From an uncultured Clostridia bacterium (GTDB lineage Bacteria; Bacillota; Clostridia; Christensenellales; UBA1242), in assembly GCA_944376785.1 (NCBI GenBank), contig CALWDV010000001.1:1-38910 (forward strand): a stretch of DNA of 38,910 nucleotides, given 5' to 3'. The first letter of the stretch is position 1; every line of letters begins with the position of its first letter. Below the pieces are notes generated by a model. That model saw only the letters and a program-made list of their open reading frames with translations. It was not told the DNA's origin and searched no databases. Of the stretch, positions 1 through 9,700 are shown one piece after another. A program made the translations under genes and the position numbers.

Positions 1-1002
1 TATGGTTCCACTATACACTCTAAAGAATGTTAGTTTTCCAACAAATGGGTCACTCATAATTTTAAATGCTAAACCAGCAAATGGTTCTGTGTCACTGCTG
101 TGACGAGCAACTTCTTCGCCAGTTTTAGGATTAATTCCTTTAATGCTTTCAATGTCTGTTGGAGCTGGCATATAGTCAACAATGGCATCAAGTAATTTTT
201 GAACACCTTTATTTCCTAATGCTGTTCCGCAACATGTTGGGAAAATATTCATTTTAATTGTACCAATTCTGATACCTTTTTTAATATCTTCCACAGTTAA
301 TTCTTCACCAGAGAAGAATTTTTCAAGCAACGCATCATCTTGTTCAGCAGCAATTTCAATTAATTCATTTCTATATTTTGCTGCTTGTTCCTTGTATTCT
401 GCTGGAATATCTGTAACTTCCATATCAGTTCCAAGGTCATTTTTATAATAAATTGCTTTATTTTCAACTAGGTCAATTAAACCAACAAAAGTTTCTGCTG
501 ATCCAATAGGAATTTGAATTGGAACTGCGTTTGAACCTAATCTTGTTTTAATTTTTTCAACAACGTTAAAGAAGTTTGCATCAGGTCTGTCCATTTTGTT
601 AACAAATACCATTCTAGGAACTTTGTATTTGTCAGCTTGACGCCAAACTTTTTCACTTTGTGGTTGAACACCTTCACGTGCAGAGAAAACTGCAACTGAA
701 CCATCTAGAACTTTTAAGCTACGTTCAACTTCAATTGTGAAGTCAACGTGACCAGGAGTGTCGATGATGTTAATTTGATGTCCTTTCCAAAAACATGTTG
801 TTGCTGCACTGGTAATGGTAATACCACGTTCTTGTTCTTGAGCCATCCAGTCCATTGTTGCAGCGCCATCGTGCACTTCACCAATTTTATGGGTTTTTCC
901 AGAGAAGAACAAAATTCTTTCTGTTGTGGTGGTTTTACCAGCATCAATGTGAGCCATAATTCCCACGTTTCTATATTTTTCTATTGGAGTTTGTCTAGGC
1001 AT
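1..1002 (-). CDS. fusA: Elongation factor G, N-terminal 334 codons; the 3' end of the gene lies beyond the window start
   Basis: My own translation of the minus strand from ATG at 1002..1000 gives [88 protein letters not shown]...VFVNKMDR. The G1 (AHIDAGKT), G3 (DTPGH) and G4 (NKMD) GTPase motifs are present. An AAGGAG RBS lies 8 nt upstream, and the start is 18 nt after the rpsG stop. It is absent from the ORF track only because no stop codon falls inside the window. The frame stays open to nt 1. Confidence 0.95.
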   Translation of the reverse strand, partial: MPRQTPIEKYRNVGIMAHIDAGKTTTTERILFFSGKTHKIGEVHDGAATMDWMAQEQERGITITSAATTCFWKGHQINIIDTPGHVDFTIEVERSLKVLDGSVAVFSAREGVQPQSEKVWRQADKYKVPRMVFVNKMDRPDANFFNVVEKIKTRLGSNAVPIQIPIGSAETFVGLIDLVENKAIYYKNDLGTDMEVTDIPAEYKEQAAKYRNELIEIAAEQDDALLEKFFSGEELTVEDIKKGIRIGTIKMNIFPTCCGTALGNKGVQKLLDAIVDYMPAPTDIESIKGINPKTGEEVARHSSDTEPFAGLAFKIMSDPFVGKLTFFRVYSGTI

Positions 1003-1020
1003 AAATTTATCTCCTTAATC

Positions 1021-1491
1021 TTACCAACGATAATGTGCAAAAGCTTTGTTACTTTCAGCCATTCTATGCACGTCATCTTTTTTCTTATATGCCCCACCTG
1101 CATTATTATAGGCATCCATAATTTCTGCGGCAAGTTTTTCAATCATTGTTCTTTCATTTCTTTTTCTTGCATAAGTTACTAACCAACGAATTGCAAGAGT
1201 TTGTCTACGTTCTGGGCTAACTTCAATTGGAACTTGATAGTTTGAACCACCAACTCTTCTTGCCTTAGTTTCCAAAACAGGTTTTAAATTTTCTAATGCT
1301 TGCATAAAATATTCATTTGGTTCTGCTCCCGTTTTTTCTTTAATAATATCGAAAGCTCCATAAACAACATTTTGTGCAACTGATTTTTTACCATCATACA
1401 TAACTTGGTTAACAAGTTTTGTTATAACAACGTTATTATAACGAGGATCTGGTAAAACATCTCTTTTAGGTGCACCGCCTCTTCTTGGCAT
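1021..1491 (-). CDS. rpsG: 30S ribosomal protein S7
   Basis: The 156-aa ORF begins [20 protein letters not shown] and ends KAFAHYRW, the canonical S7 termini. AGGAGG RBS upstream; lies in the conserved rpsL-rpsG-fusA order. Confidence 0.97.
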   Translation of the reverse strand: MPRRGGAPKRDVLPDPRYNNVVITKLVNQVMYDGKKSVAQNVVYGAFDIIKEKTGAEPNEYFMQALENLKPVLETKARRVGGSNYQVPIEVSPERRQTLAIRWLVTYARKRNERTMIEKLAAEIMDAYNNAGGAYKKKDDVHRMAESNKAFAHYRW

Positions 1492-1533
1492 GGAAATGTC
1501 CTCCTTGAATTATTTGATTATTTAATTTAATTA

Positions 1534-1905
1534 TTATTTAGCTTTTTTTGCGCCATATTTACTACGTGCTTGTTTACGTTTTGCAACGCCAGAAGCATCA
1601 AGAGTTCCACGGATAACGTGATAACGTACACCAGGAAGGTCTCTAACTCTTCCACCACGAATTAAAACTACGCTGTGTTCTTGCAAGTTGTGTCCTTCAC
1701 CAGGAATGTAAACTGTTCCTTCTTGACCATTACTTAATTTAACTCTGCAAATTTTACGAAGAGCTGAGTTAGGTTTTTTAGGAGTAGTGGTTGTTACAGA
1801 AAGACAAACACCACGTTTTTGTGGGTTTTGGTCTAATGCTGGAACTTTTGATTTAACAGTTTGACTTTTTCTACCTTGCTTTACTAACTGATTAATAGTA
1901 GGCAT
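1534..1905 (-). CDS. rpsL: 30S ribosomal protein S12, short 123-aa form without the Bacillus-type insertion
   Basis: The sequence runs [13 protein letters not shown]...[13 protein letters not shown]...[26 protein letters not shown], the canonical S12 signature. AGGAGG RBS in CTTTTGAAGGAGGAAAAGTAATG. Confidence 0.97.
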   Translation of the reverse strand: MPTINQLVKQGRKSQTVKSKVPALDQNPQKRGVCLSVTTTTPKKPNSALRKICRVKLSNGQEGTVYIPGEGHNLQEHSVVLIRGGRVRDLPGVRYHVIRGTLDASGVAKRKQARSKYGAKKAK

Positions 1906-1939
1906 TACTTTTCCTCCTTCAAAAGAAGTAATAACTTTT

Positions 1940-1973
1940 TTAGGTAATTGCTTTCAACCCAAAGCATACCTAA
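1940..1973 (-). promoter_or_regulatory. Stable hairpin in the rpsL 5' leader: 13 bp stem with a 2-nt bulge and a 6-nt loop
   Basis: On the plus strand, ttaggta-at-tgcttt-caaccc-aaagca-tacctaa pairs 1940-1946 with 1967-1973 and 1949-1954 with 1961-1966. It lies about 35 nt upstream of the rpsL ATG and is not followed by a U-run on the minus strand, so it is not a terminator. Function unknown. Confidence 0.3.
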
Positions 1974-2169
1974 TAACAGGATTTCGCCTAGCACTTTATT
2001 ACTATTGATAGATACTTCAAAAGCAATAATAAGTATATTATACGGCGAATTTCAAAACTATATTTTTCACACCATCAACATAGTTTTGACGCTTAAAAAA
2101 TTGTTTATTCAACCAAATTTTTGCGTTAAAAAAAGAACACTTTTTTAAGCATACTATAATACGCTAATT

Positions 2170-2198
2170 ATATTAACATTAATGAATGTAAAAGTCAA
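2170..2198 (-). promoter_or_regulatory. Predicted sigma-70-type promoter of the rpsL-rpsG-fusA operon
   Basis: On the minus strand: TTGACT (2198..2193), 17-nt spacer, TAATAT (2175..2170), with TG at the extended -10 position (TGTTAATAT). It sits just downstream of the preceding terminator and implies a leader of about 255 nt. Confidence 0.5.
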
Positions 2199-2210
2199 CA
2201 AAATTGCAAT

Positions 2211-2248
2211 AAAAAAAGTGCCTAATTTTTTATTAACTTTGGCACTTT
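2211..2248 (-). terminator. Rho-independent terminator after the HicB-like gene
   Basis: The minus-strand stem AAAGTGCC / GGCACTTT (2248..2241 with 2222..2215) is followed by a U-run (plus-strand A-run 2211..2217). The loop is long (18 nt) but partly self-pairing. It starts 8 nt after the stop codon. Confidence 0.55.
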
Positions 2249-2255
2249 ATAATTA

Positions 2256-2534
2256 TTAAATTGCTTTGTTTTTATCGTTTAATTTACTTTCAACTAAAAC
2301 AACCAAATTTTTTGGATACATATCAATCATTTGTTCAAAAGGTGTTGGTTCTGGAATTTCCACACCATAACTAAATGCACATTCCAAATATTTATCTAAA
2401 TATGATTGTGCAGTGTTAACTGCATCTTCAACAGTTTTTCCTTCTGCAAAAACTTCTATGTCAAACATAGCGATTGTGTATTGTTGTTCTGTGTCATCAT
2501 AAAATAAAACAGCAGGAAATACAAATTTTTTCAT
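2256..2534 (-). CDS. HicB-like antitoxin-fold / UPF0150-type small protein (92 aa), orphan
   Basis: Start taken at ATG 2534 (MKKFVFPAVLFYDDTEQQYTIAMFDIEVFAEGKTVEDAVNTAQSYLDKYL...EIPEPTPFEQM...LVVLVESKL), with GGAG 5 nt upstream (GGAGAGCATATG). The pattern 'hydrophobic-YPA-hydrophobic-F, ..Y.V.F.D..., G.T.EEA...A..L, P.P' is that of the HicB_lk_antitox N-terminal fold. The GTG at 2585 used by the ORF track lies upstream of the predicted -10 box. Confidence 0.55.
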   Translation of the reverse strand: MKKFVFPAVLFYDDTEQQYTIAMFDIEVFAEGKTVEDAVNTAQSYLDKYLECAFSYGVEIPEPTPFEQMIDMYPKNLVVLVESKLNDKNKAI

Positions 2535-2571
2535 ATGCTCTCCGTTACAAATTAAACTTACTACTAAAATT

Positions 2572-2600
2572 ATTTTAACACACACATTAATTTTTGTAAA
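2572..2600 (-). promoter_or_regulatory. Predicted promoter of the HicB-like gene
   Basis: On the minus strand: TTTACA (2600..2595), 17-nt spacer, TAAAAT (2577..2572), preceded by TGT (extended -10). Confidence 0.4.
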
Positions 2601-2684
2601 ATAATTGTGTTATTTTTTTTCACAACAATTTAGTTTGAAAAAACAATGTTTTTACATAGTTTTTTAAAAAAAATAATAGAATAA

Positions 2685-2714
2685 AACAAAAAAAGAACCT
2701 TGTGGTTCTTTTTT
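2685..2714 (-). terminator. Rho-independent terminator after the 82-aa gene
   Basis: Stem AAAAGAACC / GGTTCTTTT with a 4-nt loop, flanked by an A-run and a T-run (bidirectional in form), about 20 nt after the stop at 2733. Confidence 0.7.
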
Positions 2715-2732
2715 GTTAATAATTAATATTAA

Positions 2733-2981
2733 TTAAAATTGTTTACCGTCACCATCTTTACCCATTTCTGGTTCATGGTTTTTGTTGAAATTTTTAGAAA
2801 ATTCCTTTACTCTTGCTATAAAATCTGCAGACAAACTGCTATATTTTTCAGCACCAACTTGACGAACGCCAACAACTTTGCCTTCTTCATTCATAACTGG
2901 TTCGAAACTAACATTAACTTTTGATGTTGAATTTTGTTGGTTTAATTTATTGTTTTTAAATTCATCAACTAAATTTGTCAT
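2733..2981 (-). CDS. Hypothetical 82-aa protein, no family recognised
   Basis: ATG at 2981 with AAGGA about 10 nt upstream. It has its own consensus promoter and its own terminator. The sequence MTNLVDEFKNNKLNQQNSTSKVNVSFEPVMNEEGKVVGVRQVGAEKYSSLSADFIARVKEFSKNFNKNHEPEMGKDGDGKQF has no signal peptide or TM segment and roughly balanced charge. Confidence 0.7.
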   Translation of the reverse strand: MTNLVDEFKNNKLNQQNSTSKVNVSFEPVMNEEGKVVGVRQVGAEKYSSLSADFIARVKEFSKNFNKNHEPEMGKDGDGKQF

Positions 2982-3053
2982 AGTGTTACCATCCTTGTTT
3001 AAAAAGTAATATATTTAAATTTATAACTCTATTTCCTTTTTCATTACGACTAA

Positions 3054-3082
3054 ATTATAACAATAAAACTAAAATTTGTCAA
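3054..3082 (-). promoter_or_regulatory. Perfect-consensus sigma-70/sigA promoter driving the 82-aa gene
   Basis: On the minus strand: TTGACA (3082..3077), exactly 17 nt, TATAAT (3059..3054). It lies just downstream of the rpoC terminator. The predicted TSS is near 3047, about 65 nt from the ATG. Confidence 0.65.
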
Positions 3083-3115
3083 TACCCTTTTTTTAAAAAA
3101 GTTATTGTATTTTAA

Positions 3116-3148
3116 TTAAAAAAAATTCCCTATATTTAGGGAATTTTT
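3116..3148 (-). terminator. Rho-independent terminator of rpoBC
   Basis: A 9-bp stem AAATTCCCT / AGGGAATTT (3123..3131 with 3138..3146) with a 6-nt loop is followed on the minus strand by a U-run. It begins 2 nt after the rpoC TAA. Confidence 0.75.
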
Positions 3149-3149
3149 A

Positions 3150-6100
3150 TTATTCAGCAATTTCGTTTTCATCAAAGAATTTTGCAACGCTTTCATCAAC
3201 TGAATTACTTTCGGTTTTAACTTCATTTGGATCAATTGGTTCAACATTTTTAAATGCTTTAAAACCTGTTCCAGCAGGAATTGGTTTACCAATCATTAGG
3301 TTTTCTTTTAATCCTTTTAATCTGTCAACCTTACCTTTAATTGAAGCATCGGTTAAAACTTTTGAAGTTTCTTGGAAGGAAGCAGCACTTAGGAAGCTTT
3401 CACAACTTAATGCAGCTTTTGTAATTCCTTGAACTAAACGTTTTGCAGTTGCTGGAACTCCACCTTCTGCTAAAACTCTGTCGTTTTCTTCTTCATATTT
3501 AAACACATCAACAATGTCACCTGCAAGTAAGTTAGTATCACCAACTTCTTCAATTTTAACATTTCTTAACATTTGACGAATGATAATTTCAACGTGTTTA
3601 GTGTTAATTTTAACACCTTGTGAAGAATATGTTGCCAAAATTTCTGACAAAATATATTCTTGAACGTCTCTAACACCACGAGTACGCAAGAAATCCTTAG
3701 GATAAATTGAACCTTCTGTTAAAACAGTTCCGGCTTCAACATAGTCACCATTTTTAACTTTTAGCACAACACCAAATGGAATAATGTAATGTCCATCGCC
3801 TTCTGGGTTTTTAACAAACACTTCAAAGTATTTACCACCATCTTTTCCGGCAGATTGAACTTCTTTAACAACAACTTTACCAGCAACTTCGGCAACTGTT
3901 GCAACACCCTTTGGTTTTCTAGCTTCAAACAATTCTGCAACACGTGGCAAACCTTGTGTGATATCGGCAGCGTTTGCAACACCACCAGTGTGGAATGTTC
4001 TCATGGTTAACTGAGTTCCTGGTTCACCAATTGATTGTGCTGCAATAATACCAACAGCTTCACCAATAGGAATAATTTCATTGTTGCTCATGTTTTTACC
4101 ATAACATTTTGCACAAACACCATGTTTTGAACGGCAAGTTAAAACAGTTCTAATTGTAACACTTGTTATTCCACAAGCTTCAATTTCATCGGCTTGTGCA
4201 TTTGAAATCATTGTGTTTGCAGGAACAATAACCTTTTTAGTTTTTGGATTAATAACATCGGAAACAGCAAATCTACCAACAATACGTTGTTTTAAACTGC
4301 AAACTGGTGTTCCGTCTTTTGTTATTGCAGAAACTTCAAGTCCTTTTACTTTTTCATTGTTCGATGCAAAACAGTCATCTTCTGTTACAACAACATCTTG
4401 TGCAACGTCAACTAAACGACGAGTTAAATATCCAGAGTCGGCAGTTTTTAAAACTTTATCGGCCAAACCTTTACGTCCACCACGGCTACTTAAGAAATAT
4501 TCAATAGGAGTTAAACCAACACGGAAGTTAGATTTAACAGGAATATCAACTTTACGACCAGATGTGTTTGCCATAATTCCACGCATACCACAAAGTTGTA
4601 AAATTTGTCCTGCGTTACCACGGGCACCAGAGTTTGCCATCATTCTAACAGGGTTTTGAACATCCATTTTGTTTAAAACAATGCCTTCAAGTTGTTTTGT
4701 TGCATCTTTCCAAAGTTTAATGTTCTTTTCAAGTTTTTCATCTTCGGTAATAAATCCACGTTTAAAGAATTTATTGTTTTCTGCAACTTTTTCTTCAACA
4801 TTTGCAACAATTTCGTTCTTTTCAGCAGGAATTTCCATGTCAAATACGTTAATTGTGATTGCACCCAATGTTGAATATTTATAACCAATGCTTTTAACGT
4901 TATCAAGCATTTTAACTGTTTCTGTTGTTCCTAAATTGTCAAAACATTTTTGAATGATTTGATCCAACCCTTTTTTACCAACAACAAAATCAATTTCATA
5001 GTTGTTAACATTTTCTTTAACACTTCTATCAACAAAACCAATGTTTTGAGGAATTCCACGGTTGAATATAATTTTACCAACAGTTGTTTTAACACGTGAT
5101 GTGTAAGGTTTTCCTTCAAATTCATTTGTTCTTCTAACATAAATTGAAGCTTGAATATCAACAACTCCTGTTTGATATGCCATTATTGCTTCATCTTCGC
5201 AAGTGAAAGTTTTATTTTCACCCTTTGCACCAGGTTTATCAATGGTTAAGTAATAAGAACCTAAAACCATATCTTGTGTTGGAGTTAAAATTGGGTCACC
5301 TGTTGCAGGTTTTAAAACGTTATTTGAACTTAACATTAATAATCTTGCTTCTGCAATTGCTTCTGGACTTAGTGGAACGTGAACAGACATTTGGTCACCG
5401 TCGAAGTCCGCATTAAATCCACCACAAACAAGTGGGTGTAAACGAATTGCTCTACCTTCAATTAACACAGGTTCAAACGCTTGAATTGATAATCTGTGAA
5501 GTGAAGGAGCACGGTTTAGCATAACTGGATGATCTTTAATAACTTCTTCCAAAATATCCCAAACCACAGGTTTTTGTTTTTCAATTAAACGTTTTGCAGA
5601 TTTAAAGTTTAAAGATAAGTTTCTATCAACAAGTTTATGCATAATGAAAGGTTTGAATAATTCAAGTGCCATTTCTTTTGGTAAACCACATTGATAAATT
5701 TTTAGTTCTGGTCCAACAACGATAACTGAACGACCTGAATAGTCAACACGTTTTCCAAGCAAGTTTTGTCTGAAACGACCTTGTTTTCCTTTCAAGCTTT
5801 GAGTTAAAGATTTTAGTTCACGTTGTTTTGGTCCTTGAACTGCCTTTCCACTTTTACCATTTTCAATTAAAGCATCAACAGCTTCTTGAAGCATACGTTT
5901 TTCGTTACGAATAATAACCTCAGGAGCACCAATGCTCATAAACTTTTTCAAACGGTTATTTCTGTTAATAATTCTACGATATAAATCATTAATGTCACTT
6001 GTTGCAAATCTGCCACCATCTAATTGAATCATAGGTCTTAAATCTGGTGGAATAACTGGCAACACTTCTAGCACCAACCATTCTGGGCGATTACCACTTT

Positions 6101-6755
6101 TTAAAAGTGAATCAATAATTTCTAAACGTTTGTTAATTTTTAGTTTCTTTTGACCTTTTGCAGTTGCACTTGCCTTGGTTAATTCTTTGTGTTCTTTTTC
6201 CAAGTCAATTTCTGCAAGTAATTCTCTAATTGCTTCACCACCCATTCCAACTTTGCAACAATCATATCCAAATTGTTCACATGCTTCACGATATTCAATA
6301 TCGTTAATTAATTGGAATTTTGTGAAACTTGTTTTACCTGGGTCAATAACAATGTATGACACATAGTAAACAACTTTTTCTAGTTGTTTTGTGTTTAAGT
6401 TTAAAAGTGTTCCAATTCTTGATGGAATACTTCTCATGTACCAAATATGTGCAACAGGAGTTGCAAGTTGAATGTGTCCCATTCTTTCACGACGAACACT
6501 GCTTTTTGTAACTTCAACTCCACATTTATCACATATTACGCCTTTATGACGAATTCTTTTATATTTACCGCAATGACATTCCCAATTTTTCTTAGGTCCG
6601 AAAATACGTTCACATAAAAGTCCACCCATTTCAGGCTTATGAGTACGATAATTTATTGTTTCTGATTTTGTTACTTCACCATAACTCCATTCACGGATTT
6701 TTTCTGGTGAAGCAACGCCAATTTTCATTGAGGCTAAATTGTTTAATTCAAACAT
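3150..6755 (-). CDS. rpoC: DNA-directed RNA polymerase subunit beta'
   Basis: The 1201-aa ORF carries the N-terminal zinc motif [23 protein letters not shown] and the catalytic NADFDGDQM, and begins [28 protein letters not shown]. Its size matches Bacillota-type beta'. The start is 9 nt after the rpoB stop, and its RBS (TAGGAG) overlaps that stop. Confidence 0.98.
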   Translation of the reverse strand: MFELNNLASMKIGVASPEKIREWSYGEVTKSETINYRTHKPEMGGLLCERIFGPKKNWECHCGKYKRIRHKGVICDKCGVEVTKSSVRRERMGHIQLATPVAHIWYMRSIPSRIGTLLNLNTKQLEKVVYYVSYIVIDPGKTSFTKFQLINDIEYREACEQFGYDCCKVGMGGEAIRELLAEIDLEKEHKELTKASATAKGQKKLKINKRLEIIDSLLKSGNRPEWLVLEVLPVIPPDLRPMIQLDGGRFATSDINDLYRRIINRNNRLKKFMSIGAPEVIIRNEKRMLQEAVDALIENGKSGKAVQGPKQRELKSLTQSLKGKQGRFRQNLLGKRVDYSGRSVIVVGPELKIYQCGLPKEMALELFKPFIMHKLVDRNLSLNFKSAKRLIEKQKPVVWDILEEVIKDHPVMLNRAPSLHRLSIQAFEPVLIEGRAIRLHPLVCGGFNADFDGDQMSVHVPLSPEAIAEARLLMLSSNNVLKPATGDPILTPTQDMVLGSYYLTIDKPGAKGENKTFTCEDEAIMAYQTGVVDIQASIYVRRTNEFEGKPYTSRVKTTVGKIIFNRGIPQNIGFVDRSVKENVNNYEIDFVVGKKGLDQIIQKCFDNLGTTETVKMLDNVKSIGYKYSTLGAITINVFDMEIPAEKNEIVANVEEKVAENNKFFKRGFITEDEKLEKNIKLWKDATKQLEGIVLNKMDVQNPVRMMANSGARGNAGQILQLCGMRGIMANTSGRKVDIPVKSNFRVGLTPIEYFLSSRGGRKGLADKVLKTADSGYLTRRLVDVAQDVVVTEDDCFASNNEKVKGLEVSAITKDGTPVCSLKQRIVGRFAVSDVINPKTKKVIVPANTMISNAQADEIEACGITSVTIRTVLTCRSKHGVCAKCYGKNMSNNEIIPIGEAVGIIAAQSIGEPGTQLTMRTFHTGGVANAADITQGLPRVAELFEARKPKGVATVAEVAGKVVVKEVQSAGKDGGKYFEVFVKNPEGDGHYIIPFGVVLKVKNGDYVEAGTVLTEGSIYPKDFLRTRGVRDVQEYILSEILATYSSQGVKINTKHVEIIIRQMLRNVKIEEVGDTNLLAGDIVDVFKYEEENDRVLAEGGVPATAKRLVQGITKAALSCESFLSAASFQETSKVLTDASIKGKVDRLKGLKENLMIGKPIPAGTGFKAFKNVEPIDPNEVKTESNSVDESVAKFFDENEIAE

Positions 6756-6764
6756 ATTTTACTC

Positions 6765-9700
6765 CTATTCTTCGTCATCGTCGCTAAAATCGTCAAATAA
6801 AGCGGATTCATCAAATATACTATCAAAGTCTTCCTCTAAATCTAAGTCAGCGCTGTTATTATTTTCATCAAATTCAAGTTCAATTTCTTTTTGTTCTTCT
6901 CTTGGTTTGGTTACTTCGCTAAATGATTCAGTGTTATCGGCATTCAAATCTGACAACTTAAATTCTTTGTCATTTTCAGTTAACAATCTAACATCCAAGC
7001 ACAAACCTTGAAGTTCTTTAATTAAAACCTTGAATGATTCTGGAACTGATGGTTCTGGAAGTGGTAACCCTTCAACAATTGCTTTATATGTGTTATATCT
7101 TCCTTCAACATCGTCTGATTTAACAGTTAGCATTTCTTGTAGTAACTTACTTGCACCATAAGCTTCCAAAGCCCAAACTTCCATTTCACCAAAACGTTGT
7201 CCACCAAACATTGCTTTACCACCCAATGGTTGTTGAGTAACATAAGCATAAGGACCAGTTGAACGAGCATGCATTTTGTCGTTAACCATGTGTTCTAGTT
7301 TAATGTAGTACATATATCCAACAGTTACAGGGTTTGCAAATGGTTCACCTGTTCTTCCATCGTAAAGTTGAATTTTTCCATTTTCAGGGAAATTGTTTTG
7401 TTTTAATAGTTCTTGAATATCGCTTTCTTTAACACCATCAAATGCTGGGGTTGCAATGTTAATGCCTAATGCTTTTGCAACAAGTCCCAAATGAACTTCC
7501 AAAACTTGTCCAACGTTCATACGTGATGGAATACCTAATGGGTTTAACACAATGTCAATTGGTTGCCCATTTGCCATAAATGGCATATCTTCAACAGGTA
7601 AAATTCTTGAAACAATACCTTTATTTCCGTGACGACCAGCCATTTTATCACCAACGCTAATTTTACGTTTTTGTGCAATGGTTACTCTAACCATCATGTT
7701 AACACCTGTTTCAAGGTCGTCTTTATTTTTACGGCTGAACACTTGAACATCAACAACAACACCACTAATACCATGTGAAACACGAAGTGATGTGTCTTTA
7801 ACGTCACGAGCTTTTTCACCAAAAATTGCACGAAGTAATCTTTCCTCAGGAGTTGGTTCTGTTTCTCCCTTTGGTGTAACTTTTCCAACTAAAATGTCAC
7901 CAGGTTTTACTTCTGCACCAACTCTAATAATTCCATTTTCGTCAAGATTTTTTAATGCATCTTCACCCAAATTTGGAATGTCACGAGTAATTTCTTCATC
8001 ACCAAGTTTTGTGCTTCTTGCTTTAACTTCTGCTTCTTTTAAGTTAATTGAAGTGTAAACATCTTCTTTAACCAATCTTTCGCTTAACAAAACAGCATCT
8101 TCATAGTTATAACCTTCCCAGTTCATGAAGGCAATTAACATATTTTTACCAAGTGCAAGTTCGCCATTTTTTGTGCTATAACCATCGGCAATGGTTTCAC
8201 CTTTCTTAACCTTTTGACCAGTTTTAACAATTGGTTTTTGGTTAATACAACTTTCTTGGTTTGTTTTTGTGAATTTAATTAAATCATATTTATCAATTGC
8301 ACCATTTTCAGCCATAATTTCAATATGAGTAGCATCTGAACTTATAACTGTTCCGGCATTTTTTGCAACAATTATTGCACCATTATCTAATGCAACTTTA
8401 TGTTCTAGACCTGTTCCAATCATTGGGGTTTCGGTTGTGATTAGTGGAACTGCTTGACGTTGCATGTTTGAACCCATTAACGCACGTGCAGTGTCATCGT
8501 TTTCTAGGAATGGAATGCACGCAGTAGGAACAGAAACTAATTGTTTTGGGCTAACATCCATGTAGTCAACCATATCTTTACTAACTTCTAAAATAGTGTC
8601 AAGATAACGGCAAACAACGTGGTCGTTAACAAAGCTTCCGTCTTCATTTAATGGTTCAATTGCTTGTGCAATATAACAATTTTCATCTTCATCTGCCATT
8701 AAATAAACAACATCGTTTGTTACAACACCTTTTTGTTTATCAACAACACGATATGGAGTTTCAATGAAACCATATTCGTTTACTCTTGCATATGTTGCAA
8801 GTGAGTTAATAAGACCAATGTTTCCACCTTCTGGTGTTTCAATAACACAAATTCTACCATAATGGCTATGATGAATATCACGAACTTCGTCAGTTGCACG
8901 GTCTTTACTAATACCACCAGGGCCAACTGCTGATAATCTACGTTTTTGTGCTAATGAACTAAGTGGGTTCATTTGATCCATTAATTGACTTAATTGGTGA
9001 CTTGCCAAGAAATCTTTGAATGCACGATTAATTGGTCTTGCATTAACAACTTGGCTTGGGGTGATGTCTGTTAAATCGTGGCTTTGTAAGGTTTCTTTAA
9101 CAGCGTTAACTAACTTATTCATACCACTTCTAAAACTATCTTGTAAAAGTTCACCTGCACCTTTTATTCTACGGTTGCACAAATGGTCAACAACATCAAC
9201 ATAACCAATGCCAACGTTTAAATCTAAGAAGTAACTAATTGTTGCCAACATATCATCCATAAATAAAGTTTTACCAACTAAATCTTTGGCATTTTCTTTA
9301 ATAGCTTCAATTTTTTCTTCTTTTGTTTTTAAATCTTTAATTAATTCCATTAATGTTGGATAGTGAACCATTTCAGTAATGCCAAGTTCTGCTTCGTTAC
9401 ATTTAACAATTTCAGAAACTCTAACACGGTTGTTACCAACCATTTTATGTGGTTTACCATCAACCATAACAAAAATTTCATTAATTCCATTTCTTGCAAA
9501 AGTTGAAGCAACTTCTTTTGAAATTGTTTCACCAGCTTTAACCAAAACTTCTTTTTTAGCTTTAATGTCTTCTGCTGCAACTAAACCAATGGCACGTGTA
9601 CCAAGATTTAATTTCTTATCAATTTTAAATCTGCCAACTTTTCCTAGGTTATAATATTGTGTGCTAAAAAATTGACTAAAAATAAATTGTTTTGTTGCTT

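Noticed and set aside
714-1182. Track ORFs 714..947 (-) and 748..1182 (+) inside the fusA/rpsG region
   Set aside because: Both are out of frame or antisense to the clearly identifiable EF-G and S7 coding frames. They have low-complexity, Cys/Phe-rich translations and no RBS. They are shadow ORFs.
1948-2148. 66-aa plus-strand ORF (TTG start) in the rpsL leader
   Set aside because: It has no Shine-Dalgarno sequence and a non-ATG start, it runs antisense to the predicted leader transcript, and its translation looks like AT-rich noise (Ile/Leu/Phe/Asn-rich). It is more likely non-coding.
2535-2585. Upstream GTG start (2585) that extends the HicB-like ORF to 109 aa
   Set aside because: The extra 17 residues (MCVKIILVVSLICNGEH) have no RBS and lie upstream of the predicted -10 box. 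The internal ATG at 2534 has a well-spaced GGAG and matches the usual family N-terminus.
6768-6990. Highly acidic C-terminal tail of RpoB (…[27 protein letters not shown])
   Set aside because: Acidic, poorly conserved C-terminal extensions of beta are common in Bacillota, including B. subtilis, so this is not distinctive without comparative data.
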